DNA of 64,000 nt from Octopus sinensis (GCF_006345805.1 NC_042998.1:1674001-1738000), one strand, 5' to 3'; positions 26,213 to 40,227 are shown, counted from the stretch's first letter. Translations and numbers: made by a program. Notes: a model not told the origin generated them from the sequence alone.

Positions 26213-29200
26213 TGACTGTCCCTTCACTCATCTTCCAGGGACCCGACGCACAAACAGAAACGGGGCTTCAAGCCAACACACAAACCTGAATAAAAATAAA
26301 AACAGAAACACACCATGCTGCAGTAATGCTGGTCCAGTCTTTTCAGGAAGACACAAAAACAACAACAAAAGTGGAAACTACAACCCTATCCAACAGTGCA
26401 ACCACACCTCCAGCCAAAAACTGCTCCCTAAGCAGGAAAATTCTTTTTTAGCCATGTTGAACATGGCAAAAGAGATACACAAAAACATTCTACCCATCAC
26501 TCAACACCATCCTATGCTATTACCCCAGTGCACCAATTCCCCACATTGCTGCCACTAACACACACAAAAAATCCAAGCCCCCTGCAACAGTCAAAACCAG
26601 CCACTACACTAACCTCCACATTCCTACTCAATGCACAAGGTGTCAGCCCTTCCATCAATGCACAAAATGGAAGGTCCAATTCATTGAAGACTGGGTTGGT
26701 AACCATTCACACCACATCCCTTTCTTCATTCTCACTGAGACCCACCTTGACAACTCCCACTTGGAAGCCGAGTGAGAGTGAAGAATTTCACAACCATCCG
26801 CGAGGATCGTATCGGCAGGAGGAAGGGTGGAACTGCCATTTTCCTGCATGATTCATTTACGGCAGATGGAAATAGTATATTCTCCAACGGCTACTGTGAA
26901 TCAGTCACCGTGCACAACAAAGCCAATGACCTGACAGTAATTGGCTCTATAGGCCGCCCCAACACCCATACTGTGCTTTAAAGAATGCCTCAACAGCATT
27001 AAGCTTTATTCAACAGTGCCATTCTAGCAACATACTCATGATGGGAGACTTCAATCTACCTTGTGTTGACTGGACTACAAACTGTTTGAAACCAAGCACT
27101 CCCGCCTCAACCGCTGACAAAGAAGCAGCAGAGTCACTTTTCGACTTTACGAATGAGTTTTCTTGTCCCAACTTGTCCTTGCACCAACAAGACATCAGAC
27201 ATTTTGGACCTAGTGTTTAGTAACCACACTAACACTATACATAACGTTACAGTGGAAAAAACCCTTCTTTCAGACCATGACATGGTTCTCTGTAACATGA
27301 AATTCCACCAGCCGAAAGCTAATTCTAGTGACCTCCCTCCAGCCCACCCATTTGACAACATGGATCTCCATAATGCCAACTGGGATGCAATCAGGAACGA
27401 GCTATCACATGTTGACTGGTCCTTTACACATACACACATCTCCACCAACCATAAAACATCTTGGCAGATCTTTGTAGACACCGTCACAGACATATGTGCA
27501 AAACACTCCCCACCAAGACCTGTGAACAAAAAGTGCAGAATCCCCAAAAACAGAAAAACCATTATCAGAAAAATAAAAAGAACAAACAAAAAAATTAACA
27601 AACTAAAGTACTGCCAACAGCAACACACACATTCGACGGCTATCGCACTGCTTGAATCCAAAAAATATAACCTCCAACAATGCATGAAGACCCTCATCAA
27701 TAACCAAAGATCAGCTGATGAGAAGTGGGCCATTGAAAAAATCAAACTCAACCCCAAAGTGTTCTTTTCATTTGCGAGGAAACGCAGGGTCAGTCTCCAC
27801 TGTTGGCCCTCTAATTGACGAAACTGGCACTCTCCAAGATAATGCCAAATCCATGGCCGAGATACTGCAGAAACAATACTGCTCTGTTTTCAGCAATCCT
27901 GATATGGCCGATCTGGGCTGTATCAGTGATGTCAACCCCCAACACACTATATCGGACATAACGTTTAGTGCCCCTGATGTCTTAGCGGCAATAAACGAAA
28001 TAAAACACAATTCAGCAGTAGGCCCCGATAGGTTCCCTGCTTGTGTCCTGAGGGTGTGTCGACACCAACTTGCATCTCCCCTTGCTAATCTGTGGAGAAA
28101 CTCACTGGATGCTGGCTATATTCCAAAAAACCTTCTGTCCCAGTCTGTTGTCCCAGTTTTCAAAAAGAGAAACAAGTCCCTTGCAGTGAACTACCGTCCG
28201 ATCTCACTCACCTCTCATATCATCAAGGTATTTGAGAGGGTGGTGAGATCTCGAATAACCCAATTTCTGGAAAGCAACAGACGGCTGATCTCCAACCAAC
28301 ATGGGTTCCGTAATGGAAGGGACTGCCTAACGCAGCTCCTGCATCACTTTGATGACATTTTGAGAGCTTTGGGAGAGGGCTCCAACACCGATGTCATCTA
28401 CCTTGATTTCAGTAAGGCCTTCGACAGGGTCGATCACAAGATCCTATTGAAAAAACTATCCAACATTGGTGTCTCTGGAAAGTTACTGAAATGGATCAAG
28501 TGTTTCCTGACAGACAGATCTCAACATGTTGTAGTTGAAGGGGTAAAATCAAGCCCAGCCAAAGTCAGTAGTGGCGTTCCGCAAAGCACTGTGCTGGGCC
28601 CACTTCTTTTCATCATTTACATTAATGACATTAAGGACATCATCAAGCACAGCAACATAAAAATTTTTGCAGATGATTCCAAGCTACAGAAGGTCATAAA
28701 TGAGGCGAGTGACCGGACATGCCTTCAGTCAGATCTACTGGCTGTTATCCAATGGGCAGAAAAAAACAATATGCTGCTGAACGAGGATAAATTTGAGTTA
28801 ATCCACTTTGGAAAAGAGGATGCCCTGAAACTCCCATACTCCCTTCCTTCAGGTAAAACTCTCGCGGCGTCCAACAACATCAGAGACTTGGGAGTAATTG
28901 TGGACAACAACATAAGCTGGGCCACTCATATAAACACCAAAGTTGACATGGCCCGCAGAATGTGTTCCTGGATTCTCAGAACTTTCCAGTCAAGAGATAT
29001 CCACACCATTATCCTTCTCTTCTCCACTTTTGCCCGACCCCACCTTGAATACTGTTGTCCACTGTGGTCTCCCCACACAATACAAGGTATCATAAAAGTT
29101 GAAGCACCTCAAAGGGCAATCACAAAAAAGATAGATGGCATGACAGGCCTCGACTATTGGGGTCGACTAGAAAAGCTAAAACTTTATTCTCTCCAACGTC

Positions 29201-29640
29201 GTCGTGAGCGCTACATCATCTGCATGATGTGGAAAATATTCCATCAGCATTGCCCAAATGATTTTGCATCACCTTTAAGGTACATCCAAGGCTTGGGCCC
29301 CGTGCCATCCGCCCAAAACAAAAATCGCACTCTCATCTCATAACAACAATACGGCACAATTATTTCACCTCAATTGGCTCCGCTCTCTTTAACATTACAC
29401 CAAAACACATTAAAACAGAAACAGACCCTATAGGGTTCAAGAAGTCTTTGGACAGATTCCTTCAAGAAATCCCGGATAAACCCCCTACACCCGGATATGT
29501 TTCTGTAAACAATAACTCTCTACTTGAGTGGGCCATAGTGCCCAATTCTGACTTGAAAGACTTCACCAGGTGGTGCTATTAAGTTGGACATGGCCTGGGC
29601 CAATAATGGCCGAAACCTATCAAAGTATCAAAGTATCAAA

Positions 29641-29643
<3 letters not shown>
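26213..29643 (+). mobile_element. CR1-clade LINE, 5'-truncated, ORF2 (APE + RT) with few frameshifts
   Basis: ORF1-end-like DCPFTHLPGTRR. Endonuclease motifs ILTETHL, REDR..RKGGTAI, MGDFNLP, ILDLVF. RT ORF 27718-29343 with NYRPISLTS, QHGFR, YLDFSKAFD, GVPQ.TVLGPLLF, FADDSK, LYSLQRRRER. 3' tail (ATCAAAGT)3. Confidence 0.95.
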
Positions 29644-29724
<81 letters not shown>

Positions 29725-29738
29725 TATATATATAATAT

Positions 29739-29783
<45 letters not shown>

Positions 29784-29814
29784 TATATATATGTATGTAT
29801 ATATCCAGAATTCA

Positions 29815-30108
29815 GTTTCTTCTTTGCTGAACGCCTCTTTTATGGTGATGCCGTTGATGATGACTGTAGACCAATTCTTGCACAGAAGAGTCGATGGAAT
29901 TGGCCACATGGAAATGTTGGTGGAGAACGAGGTTGATTTTGCCGACCCTTTCTCTCCTGCTGTTTGATCTCTTCGTTTTCTCTTCTGGTAGCTTCGAAGT
30001 TTTGGTTCCAATTGTGATGGAACACTGCCACTTGGTACAATCTCGGGATTGGGTTTCAAACGATTTAGGCTTTAGTCCACCGGCCTTCAGTGTTGCTTCG
30101 AGTTAGTC
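29815..30108 (-). pseudogene. RTE-BovB-like LINE 3' fragment
   Basis: LEATLKAGGLKP..FE; NFEATRRE..KQQERKGRQ..PTFPCGQFHRLFCARIGLQS, the C-terminal C2H2-like motif of RTE elements. Confidence 0.75.
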
Positions 30109-30373
30109 CTTATGTATGTATGTATGTATGTATGTATGTATGTATATGTATGTATGTGTGTATGTATGTATGTATGTATGTATGTATGTATGTGTGTATG
30201 TATGTATGTATGTATGTGTGTATGTATGTACACACACATACACACATATATATATACGTATGTATGCATGCATGCATGTATGTATGTATGTATACATGTA
30301 CACACACATACATACACATATATATATATATACGTATGTATGTATGTATGTATGTATGCATGTACACACACAT

Positions 30374-30416
<43 letters not shown>

Positions 30417-30525
30417 CGCATGTATGTATGTATGTATATATATGTGTGTGCATGTATGTATGCATGCATGTGTGTATATATGTATGTATGTATGTATGCA
30501 TGTACACACACATACACACACACAC

Positions 30526-30563
<38 letters not shown>

Positions 30564-30600
30564 GTATGTATGTACGTATGTATGTATGTATGTATGTATG

Positions 30601-30630
<30 letters not shown>
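30108..30630. repeat. (TATG)n-rich compound microsatellite
   Basis: Direct. Confidence 0.95.
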
Positions 30631-30631
<1 letters not shown>

Positions 30632-30837
30632 GTATAAGTTGTGGCCATACTGGGGCACCGTCACTGGTGCTGCAACACTTTTAGTGATCTTCCTTTTCAA
30701 TTGCTATTTGGTGACTGAGAGAGATCGAAATTGTTGCCTAGAGTTCAATTTCTTGCCGCAAATTCCTAACAGTAGAAAATCCAGTTGCCTTTTGGAAGCG
30801 CCGGTATCCGCACCCTGGGGACACACTTTACACTTAC

Positions 30838-31200
30838 ACTTTTACACTTTTATTTGTTTCAGTCATTTGACTGTGGCCATGTTGGAGCACCGCCTTTAGT
30901 CGAACAAATCGAAACCAGGACTTATTCTTTGCAAACCTAGTACTTATTCTATCGGTCCCTCTTGCCGAACCGCTAAGTTCCGGGGACGTAAACACACCAG
31001 CATCGGTTATTAAGCGATGTTGGGGTTCAAACACAGGCACACAAACACACATACACATATATACATATATACGACGGGCTTCTTTCAGTTTCCATTTACC
31101 AAATCCATTCACAAGGCTTTGGTCGGCCCGAGGCTATAGTAGAAGACACTTGCCCAAGGTGCCACGCAGTGGGACTGAACCCGGAACTATGAGGTTGGTT
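30838..31200 (-). mobile_element. Family B SINE lacking the extreme 5' end
   Basis: Collinear with 51606-52022. Confidence 0.9.
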
Positions 31201-31204
31201 TTTA

Positions 31205-31500
31205 TTTTTTCGGTAGCATATTGAAAAGCCATGGGCCTTTGGACCCTATGCCACTGCAGTTCTAAATCTGGACGGAGAGTATGAGATTTTTGGCATTATG
31301 CAATGGCGCCTGTTCGAAGGTTATAGTTTTTAATGCGAAAGTTTCCAGACATTTGTTACTACACATCTCGCTCGTCTTTGTTCTAACGAGTAGAATTCTT
31401 AACTTTTTTCAGTCGAGCTGATCTCTTGCTTTAAGACAATATTCTTCGTGTGGCAGCGTTGGCTTGCTTCATATTCCGCCATTAATTTTACATTTTGTAA
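31205..31500 (-). pseudogene. Old CR1-like 3' fragment
   Basis: LKKLR..SLEQRRAR..VWK and GSKGPWLFNMLP resemble the CR1 ORF2 C-terminus. Confidence 0.5.
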
Positions 31501-31898
31501 GCAAAAAGTACTCAATAAATACTGCGTATATATTTTATCACATAGGGTTTATATGGATCGTTACACTGAGTTTCACATTGATGATAATTCAAACGGGTGT
31601 ATGAATAATCGGTGACGTGAAACTCGGGGAAACGATTCAAGACGCTTTAACTTCTAATAATGTGTGCACACGTAAACAAGTCTGTGGGTTTGTGAATATA
31701 TATATGCATGGGAGTATATAAGTGCTTGTGCCAGTTTATGTGTGCTCGTACGTGTGTATGTATTTTTACAATATTATCTCAGTTCAGCTTGTCAGTCAGT
31801 TCGTTGTTACTTCCTATTCTTTCAGTAAACCACTTTAAATCCAAATCTAATATGGCTGATAATTTGATTACCAGCATCGTTGTAAAAATATTTTCAAC

Positions 31899-31929
<31 letters not shown>

Positions 31930-32254
31930 GCTTTCTCATATATGTCTTTGGGAAGGATCTAGAAATAAAGTATTGCTTTCTATTGTGGCACACTTTCAAA
32001 GCTTATTTCCAAATCGGATTTGCTTTAAAAGAGAGATATAAAAAAAAAAGAAATGAAAAAAAAGAGAAAACGTTGAGCTGAGAGATTTGTAAATATATTC
32101 ACAGACTGGCTTTTCTTTATAGCTAAGCATATTTCAGCTAGTTTGTCTGCTATCAAGATTAAGTGAGCATGATATTATGATGAAGGAAAATGGTCAGGAC
32201 CGTTATAACAGCATTATAAACTCTTGAGCTTATCAAATGCATGGTTCTCTATAG

Positions 32255-32342
32255 CAACGATTTTCAAACTGTGAGTCCCGACCCTTCAGTGGGTCGCTTG
32301 ATAAATAAAATGGGTCGCGACAAAAAAATTTGAAAAACGCTG
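32255..32342. mobile_element. 88-bp hAT/Charlie-like MITE
   Basis: TIRs CAACGATTTTCAAA / TTTGAAAAACGCTG (12/14). Flanking 8-mers CTCTATAG and TTCCATAG match 6/8. Confidence 0.65.
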
Positions 32343-32454
32343 TTCCATAGTATGTATTTTATTGACAGCAAACTACAGCATGTGTAGATTAGAAGTGGGT
32401 CCCCAGACCTTCGGGGCACCGGACAACTGTGCTCATGCCTTATGACTCTCTATC

Positions 32455-32692
32455 CCACGTGACTTCCTCTAGAACAAGAGGAGACTCGTGGAATAGAGAG
32501 TCGCTGAAGAGGTCACAGGATGTGCGACGAAAGAGGTTTGACAATGAAACTAAAATAATGATAATAAAGCTGAAATGAAGACCACGTGAGTGCGTGTGTT
32601 TAACTGGCAAAATATGACCATCCCCAAGGATAACAAAATCTGTTTTAACACACAATATCAGGTCAAGAATCTTGCAAAACAAATAACCGTTG
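32455..32692 (+). mobile_element. HHR-bearing short element, family F2 (collinear copy)
   Basis: Homologous to 43535-43790; ends at a (GATA)n array. Confidence 0.7.
32498..32544 (+). ncRNA. Degenerate type I hammerhead ribozyme (F2)
   Basis: GAGTCG-CTGAAGA-G-GTCAC-AGGATGT-GCGAC-GAAA-GAGGTT-TGAC. Core boxes and stems I/II recognisable; stem III decayed. Confidence 0.6.
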
Positions 32693-32693
32693 A

Positions 32694-32782
<89 letters not shown>

Positions 32783-32791
32783 TAGATAGTT

Positions 32792-32890
<99 letters not shown>

Positions 32891-32910
32891 GAGAGAGAGA
32901 TAGATAGAGA

Positions 32911-32986
<76 letters not shown>

Positions 32987-32996
32987 TGAGAGAGAG

Positions 32997-33053
<57 letters not shown>

Positions 33054-33055
33054 TA
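32694..33055. repeat. (GATA)n/(GA)n compound array
   Basis: Direct. Confidence 0.95.
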
Positions 33056-33152
33056 CATATTTATATACATATATGTGTGTGTTTGTGTGTTTGTTTCTGT
33101 GTCTGTGCCTGTGTTGCGCGTGTGGTATGCAGGTGTTATGTGTGTGTGTGTG

Positions 33153-33194
<42 letters not shown>

Positions 33195-33261
33195 GTGCTG
33201 AGCGAGAATAAAAACCGTTGCGTTAAATGCAGTGCCACTCATTATATATAGGGGTGAAGTG

Positions 33262-33432
33262 ATTAGCGGTATTTCGCCCGTTGCTACGTTCTGAGTTCAA
33301 ATTCCGCCAAGGTCGACTTTGCCCTTCATCCTTTCGAGGTCGATAAATTAAGTACCAGTTGCGTCTTGGGGTCGATCAAATTGACTGGCCCTCTCCCCCA
33401 AAATCTCAGGCCTTGTGCCTATAGCAGAAAGG
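33262..33432 (+). mobile_element. Family A SINE
   Basis: TTAGCGGTATTTCGCC..TTCTGAGTTCAAATTCCGCC..GGTCGACTTTGCC..GGCCTTGTGCCTATAG. Confidence 0.85.
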
Positions 33433-33869
33433 ATTATATAAGGATACTGTTGTAAAAGGTCGCCAAATTAGTTGGGATAAGTTTGGGGAAGATATAGAGG
33501 GGTCAAATAGCAAAACCTGTAATATTTTGACCATGGTATTAGGGCTTAGAACCTGACGGAAAACAGGCTCATAGGCGACGAAAAAAAATGAGGCGTTGAC
33601 GTCAAGGACTAGATGTGGAGGACCTTGGCTGCAAGACGAGAGGGCAGTTTGTGGTGAGTAGTGTTGGTTACATTTGAGGTAACTGATCCTCAGTCCTGGG
33701 GATGGACATACTCATTCATTCATAAAGTGAACAGTGAAGGTGTGGTATATTTGATGATGACTGTTTTAATAGGTGAACAGGTGCGAGAAACTGATAATGC
33801 CTCGTGGCTTAGTAAGTGTGAAATATGTGCGATGTATAACTAATAAAGAGTCGAAATAGTATATGAGTG

Positions 33870-34350
33870 ATCGATTACCTTGAAATGGGTCACACCATGA
33901 CAGGGCTGTATTGTTCTCAGATACTGAAACACCTCTGAGAAGCAATCAAAGGAAAAAGGCTGGGAATGCTCACCAGAGGAGTCCTTTTTCATCACGACAA
34001 TGCTCCAACCCACACCTCAGTGGTTGCCATGTCAACAATTCGTGATTGCGGATACGAACTTGTTCCCCATCCGCCTTATTCCCCAGACTTAGCACCCTCT
34101 GACTATCATCTATTTCCAAAAGAGAAAAAAGCCCTCGCTGGTCGCCATTTTGCCAGTGACAATGACGTCATAGACGCTGAAGGAAGTTTCTTGGAGTCTA
34201 GAACAAAAGAGTTCTACGCCGCGATAATGGCGCTTCAGCACCGCTGGTGCAAGTGTTGAGCCATCGAGGGGGACTATGTTGAAAAATAAATCATCAGAAG
34301 TCTTGTACCGTGTTTTGATTTTTTGAGGCTCAAGACTTTTCAAGGCCTTA
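33870..34350 (+). mobile_element. mariner (DD34D) 3' fragment
   Basis: GVLFHHDNAPTH, HPPYSPDLAPSDYHLF, RW.KC...GDYVEK-stop. Confidence 0.9.
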
Positions 34351-34443
34351 TTTTTCAAATACGCCAGCTGAGTTCAATTCGTCTAAGTCGAAAGACGACT
34401 GTTGTTATGTCCTGTTATTATTATATAATAATAATAATAATTA

Positions 34444-34493
<50 letters not shown>

Positions 34494-35547
34494 GTTGTTG
34501 TTGTTGTTGTTGTTTTTTGCATTTATATTCGTATTATTTTTTGTTTGTTTTTTTTGTATTTATTCGTGTAACATCGTCCGTTTTTCTGTCCCTGTTTCGT
34601 ATACATTCGATCCTTTTTCGAAGAAATCTAATGTTCGTAGCTTAGTTTTTCCTTGGGGCTGGCCAGATTGGAGCAATCTCAAGATTAATCAGCCGAAATT
34701 GCGAGGATGATCCGGTTCTTGACTGAAGATTAGAGGCTTCGAATGACCCGTCCGTGTTTTTTGTATCGTCTATTTGAATGTTTTGCGTTCTTGTCCCATT
34801 TTGTATTTATATATATATATATATAAATAAATACAAAATATATATGTATATATATTTCTTTACTACCCACAAGGGGCTAAACGAAGAGGGGAAAAACAAG
34901 GACAGACAAAGGGATTAAGTCGATTACATCGACCCAGTGCGAAACTGGTACTTTATTTCTCGACCCCGAGAGGATATGGCGATCTTTCGTTTTAACTCGA
35001 AATAATGTAAACATTGAATTCGGTCATTTCCGTGACCACATGTTGTCAATTGTCAGTTGGGAAGAGAAAGCTGATGGGTTGTGCGTGCGTGCCTCTTCCT
35101 GTGTGTGTGTGAGTGTGTGTGTGCATACATACATACATACATACATAGATACATACATACATACATACATACATACATACATACATACATACATACATAC
35201 ATACATACGTGTGTGTGTGTGAGTTAAAAAAAACAAAACAGTGGTTACTAGAAACGTAAGCTAAAAATTAGGTCAAGAGAGAAGTAGAGTTTAAGAGAGG
35301 AAGACAGAGAGAGAGAGACTGACAGAGAGTGAGTGAGTGAGAAGTGGATAAAGAGTTTGTTGTAAACACAGAGACCGAAAACTAAACACAAAGTCGACCT
35401 AGTTTAGATTGTTCTAGAAATATTCCGCTATTGAAACTTCCTCCCCAAACACACACATTTTTAAAGTCATACATAAAGTTTTAAATATAGCAAAGACTGG
35501 AGGGCTGTCAAAGCATGGCGTATATTCCACCCTGAAATATATTATTC

Positions 35548-36850
35548 TTTTCTACTCTAGGCACACGGCCCGAAATTTGGGGGGAGGGGTCCAGTCGATT
35601 AGAATGACTCCAGTATGCAACTGGTAGTTAATTTATTGACCACGAAAGGATGAAAGGCAAAGTCGAACTCGGTGGAATTTGAACTCAGAACGAAATTCTA
35701 AAATATATTATTAGCAAGCATTATTACTATTCTTAGAGCTCTTTGCGTTCTGAGTTCAAATGCCGCCGAACTCCACTTTACCTTTCATTCGATATAAATG
35801 ACTTCTTCACTCCCTCAAAATTGCTGGCTTTATACCAAAATTAGAAAGAAAAATAATTAACATAACTGGTGATAATTTTTTTTAAGGCGGCGACCTGGCA
35901 GAATCGTCAGTACGCCGCCGAACGAAATGTTTAACGGCACTTTTTCCGGCTTTACGTTCAAATTTCGCCGAGGTTGACATTACCTTTCAGAGTCGATAAA
36001 ATTAGTACTAGTTTAGAACTGGGGTCGATGTTATCGACTTGTCCACTTCTACAAAATTTCAGGCTTTGTATCTCTAACAGAAAGAATTATTATTATTCTT
36101 AGTGCATTGGTTGACAGAATTTTTAGTGTAATAGCCAAAATGTCAAGAGACATCTAGTTACATTCCTCCACGTCCTGAGTTCATATCCTGTGGGAATCAA
36201 ATTTACCTTTCATCGTTTCCGGAGTAAATAAAAAAATAAAGTAATAGTGAAGAACTAGCGTCGATTTGATCTTCTAAACCTCTTCCAAATTTCAGGCCTT
36301 GCGCCCCATTTAGAAATAATTATTTACGGTGATCTACCGGCAACATCGTTAGAACATTGTAGTATGCCTTGCAGATTTCAGTAAGTGCGATGGATTGGCA
36401 GAACTCTTAGAACATCCGACAAGAATACTCCCAAGTATTTGCTTTTGCTCTTAACTTCGTGAGTTCAAATCCTACTGAGATCAACTTTGCCTTTCATCTT
36501 TCTGTGGTCGATAAAATAAAGTACCAATCATGAAGGTCGATAGAAATGGTTAGCCCTCTCCTCCAAAATTTCTGCTTATATTAAAAACAATTATTACAAG
36601 ATGGCCGTGAACGGTAGAATCTTAGAGACAAACTGCCTTCAGTATTAGTTCTGACTCTCAACTTTCTGAGTTTAAACGCCACCGAGGTTGGCTTTGTTTC
36701 ATCCTTTCAACATTCAAACTCTGCCAAGGTCAACTCTGCCTTTCATCTCAAGAGGGCCGATAAAATAAGAGCCACTCTAGTACCGAGGTCGATGTAAGGG
36801 ATTGAACCCTTCCCATCAAAATTGCAGACCTTGTTCCAAAATTAGAAAGA
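35548..36850. mobile_element. Cluster of about seven diverged family A SINEs
   Basis: Repeated GAGTTCAAAT..CTTTGCCTTTCATC..GTCGATAAAAT..AAGTAC motifs on both strands. Confidence 0.8.
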
Positions 36851-36863
36851 ATTTATTATTTAC

Positions 36864-37150
36864 TTATTACCTCCACCAAGGAAGGAGGTTATGTTTTCAT
36901 TGGCGTTGGTCTGTCCGTCTGTCCGTCTGTGTACAAAATAACACAAAAAGTTTTGAACGGTATTTGATGAAACTTGCAGGAAAAAGTTCGTAATCACACA
37001 AGGAACAGATGATGAAATTTTGATAGTGATCCGGGAATTTTTATGGATTCTTGAAGGATTTTTCTTCTGTTATATTTACTTTCATGAAATATTAGTTATG
37101 TTCTTTGATTATCTCCCTTGAAAACACGTTCATCGTTTGCACCTAACCTA
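36864..37150. mobile_element. DINE-1/HINE-like (Helentron-associated) element
   Basis: TTATTACCTCC-ACCAAGGAA-GGAGG subterminal hairpin, GTTATGTTTTC, then (GTCTGTCC)n and TTTGATGAAACTTG. Confidence 0.55.
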
Positions 37151-37229
37151 TGGTGGCGTTGCTGATTCCAAAGTTTATTTTCGTTTCTCTATTAGTAATT
37201 TTACTCGCATATCTATCTTAAAATGAGTT

Positions 37230-37735
37230 GCTTGGTTGAGGTCTGCGGAGGATGACATGACAAGCCTTGACTATTGGGATCTACTCAAAAAGCTCAGGCT
37301 TTGCTCCCTCCACCGCACCTGTGAGCTCTATATCATCTGTATGATGTGGAAAATATTCCATCAGCATTGCCCATCTTTAAAATTCGTCCGAGGCTTGGCC
37401 CTCGTGCCATCTGTCCACTACAGAAATGTTCGTGTCGTATAACAACACTATGACAGAATTATTTCACCTCAATTGGCCCTGCTCTCTTCAACATAGTGCC
37501 AGACACACATAAAGGGGGAAAGTGACTTCTCGGCATTCAAACGATCCCTAGATATGATTACCCACAACAAATATCAGATAAACCAGCCACACCCAGATAT
37601 ATCTCTGAAAACTATAACCCTCTGCTTGAATGGGCTACGGTTCCCCAGAGTTGACTGTGAATCTTTCAGGTGGTGCTATTAAATCAGACATGGCCTGAGT
37701 CAACTTCGACCGAAACTTATCTAAGTAATCTAATC
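37230..37735 (+). pseudogene. Older 3' fragment of the same CR1 lineage as 26213-29643
   Basis: LDYWDLLKKLRLCSL..YIICMMWKIFHQHCP and 3' end CAGGTGGTGCTATTAA..GACATGGCCTG..CCGAAACTTATCTAAGT align with 29140-29625. Confidence 0.85.
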
Positions 37736-38209
37736 TAGGCTGTAATCTTTTAATCAAAGCCTGACAACATGGTTACAGGCCGATATCTTAACATTTCTGG
37801 TCTTAAGTATAAAAAAAATTATTAAAGATTTATATAGAACTACATTCAGAGTATGTCTTTAAGCTATTGTGTTTAGAGCTGGTTTCTATCCTCAAACTGT
37901 TCCGTTTTGTAGATGCAATTTTTTTTTTCAATAAAGCACTCCGAAATTAGAAAAATCAAAAATCTGCAACAATCTCATCCCATGAGAATCGGATAATGGA
38001 TTTTCAAGTGTGTAAAGAAACTGATTGTGGTGATCGTAGTTTTGACGGTGATTGTGGTGAAAGCAGAAACAGTGTTGATGATGATGATGGTCGAGATAAG
38101 TATGGGAGGAGGATAAAATAGTGTCGGTGGTTATAATGGTGACAGGAGCGGTGTGATGTGTGATGCTGAGGTGACGGTGGTAATAGTGGTGTTGATGACA
38201 GTGTTAGTT

Positions 38210-38338
38210 GTGTGGTGGTGGTATTGCAGTGGTTATACTGGTGGTGGTGGTATTGCAGTGGTTATACTGGTGGTGGTGGTATTGCAGTGGTTATACTGGT
38301 GGTGGTGGTATTGCAGTGGTTATACTGGTGGTGGTGGT
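38210..38338. repeat. 29-bp minisatellite, 4 copies
   Basis: Unit GGTGGTGGTGGTATTGCAGTGGTTATACT repeated head-to-tail with no spacers. Confidence 0.9.
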
Positions 38339-39410
38339 CAAAGTGACTGTCAAGGTAACCGTCATGATAACGTTGATGGCGGTGTATGTGGTTGAAGTGG
38401 AAACAATGACAATGCTGCTGCTGATGATATTGGTGGTGGTGGTGGTGATTGTGATATGATGGTGGTGGTGGTGGTGCTTCTGCTGGTTTGGCGGAGGTCT
38501 GCGGCTCTCCGAGTTCTTTTCTAGTTTATAATGAGATCGTCGGACATTCACGGATCTCTCCTTAGCTCCGTGTCCCAGAACGATATACCGCCAAAAAACC
38601 CACCCCCACTTCTTGTAGGCTCTGTACATACATACTATATCACGCTGTTTATGTCCGATGATTATGTTAAAGGAGTCAAGGAAGCCAACAGAATACTCAG
38701 TCACACAATAATTCAGCGAGTCTGCAAAACCTGGAATATTCATTGCTGAAACACGAGACTCATTTACTAAATCATTAAGCCATTCTACCGACAAGGATTG
38801 CAAAGATATTTCGAAAATAAGAAAATAAATGTTTGTGTGTTGATTCACACGTCTATATTAATGTAAGTGGAAGATTTCTTGTTTTTAAAATGATTTGTGA
38901 ACGTTATTTTATTTCTGTGGATGGGTGTTTTTGTTTGTTTCTGTTTGTTTGTTTGTGTTTGTGTTTGCTTTTTCTTTTTTGTCTTGTTCTCGTTTCCAAA
39001 CGCGAGGCTTGCAATAAAAACATCCATAATGAGTCAATCGAGAAAAAGGCAAAATAACGAAACGGAAACGAGGCACTGACTTATCGGATGCTTTATGAAC
39101 ATCAAATAAAATATCTGAACAGAAGCCAAATAAAATTATCAGGTTTTGTAGTTTTACGTAATTGCTTGAACCTATGGCAACCGACAGAAAGAAATATCAA
39201 AGAAAAACAATATTTTACACGAGGAAATATTCTTGGCGTCTCTCTCTCTCACTCACTCTCTCCACCTCTCCCGTTTCTTTCTCCTCTCACTCACTCTCCT
39301 CCTCACCTCCAACTATCTCTTTCTGTGTGTGTGTGTGTGTCTCTCTCTCTCTCTCTCCACCTCTCCCATTTCTCCCCTCTCACTCACTCTCCACCTCTCC
39401 TCCAAATCTC

Positions 39411-39447
<37 letters not shown>

Positions 39448-39639
39448 TTCCCTTTCTTTGTCAGCTTTACTACATTATTAACATTCAGATCCAGCCTTGC
39501 ATATCTTAATTTCTTTCGGAGCAATTTAGAAGCCATTGCAGGACATTTATATTTACTGATTGGACCCGTGAAAAATTCACGGAAAACATTAAAAGCATCT
39601 GTAAACAGCGTACTGGTGCCATGAGGAATGTTTACATAT

Positions 39640-40180
39640 TATGACCGCCTGTCCTTACGTTCTGAGTTCAAATTCTGCCAAAGTTGACTTTGCCTTTCGT
39701 CCTTTGGGACTCGATAAATTAAGTACGAGTTGTGTACTAGGATCGGTTTAATCAACTGGCCCCCTCCCCCAAAAAATTTCAGGCCTACAAAAGGATATTG
39801 TGACAGTTGCAGAATATAGAAAGTAATGTGACACCAAAATATCCAACCAAAATATCTGTTATACAAACGTAAACGGAATTACTATTTCACCTTAAAATAC
39901 ATTGTACATATTCAAAGAACCTTATTGGTTTAGTGGTACAGAACATTTCCTAGTATACTTTTATTCTTTTACTTGTTGCAGTCATTTGACGATGGCCATG
40001 CTGGAGTGCCACCCTTTAGTTGAAGAAATTGACTCCTGGACGTATTTCCTGTAAGCCTATGCTTATTCTATGTCTCTCTTGCTAAACAGTTAAATTACAG
40101 GGATGTAAACAAACCAACATCAGTTGTCAAGCAATGGTGGTAGTGGTGGTGGTGGGACAAACACAGACACACATATACAT
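39640..40180. mobile_element. Family A SINE (+, 39640-39790) and family B tail (-, 39960-40180)
   Basis: Core and tail motifs as in the other copies. Confidence 0.7.
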
Positions 40181-40227
40181 ACATCCAAGTAAATTTTATC
40201 TACATACATACATTCATATATATATAA

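Noticed and set aside
38210-38338. 29-bp (and 16-bp at 51220-51308) repeats as CRISPR arrays
   Set aside because: No unique spacers, no cas genes, eukaryotic context; these are minisatellites.
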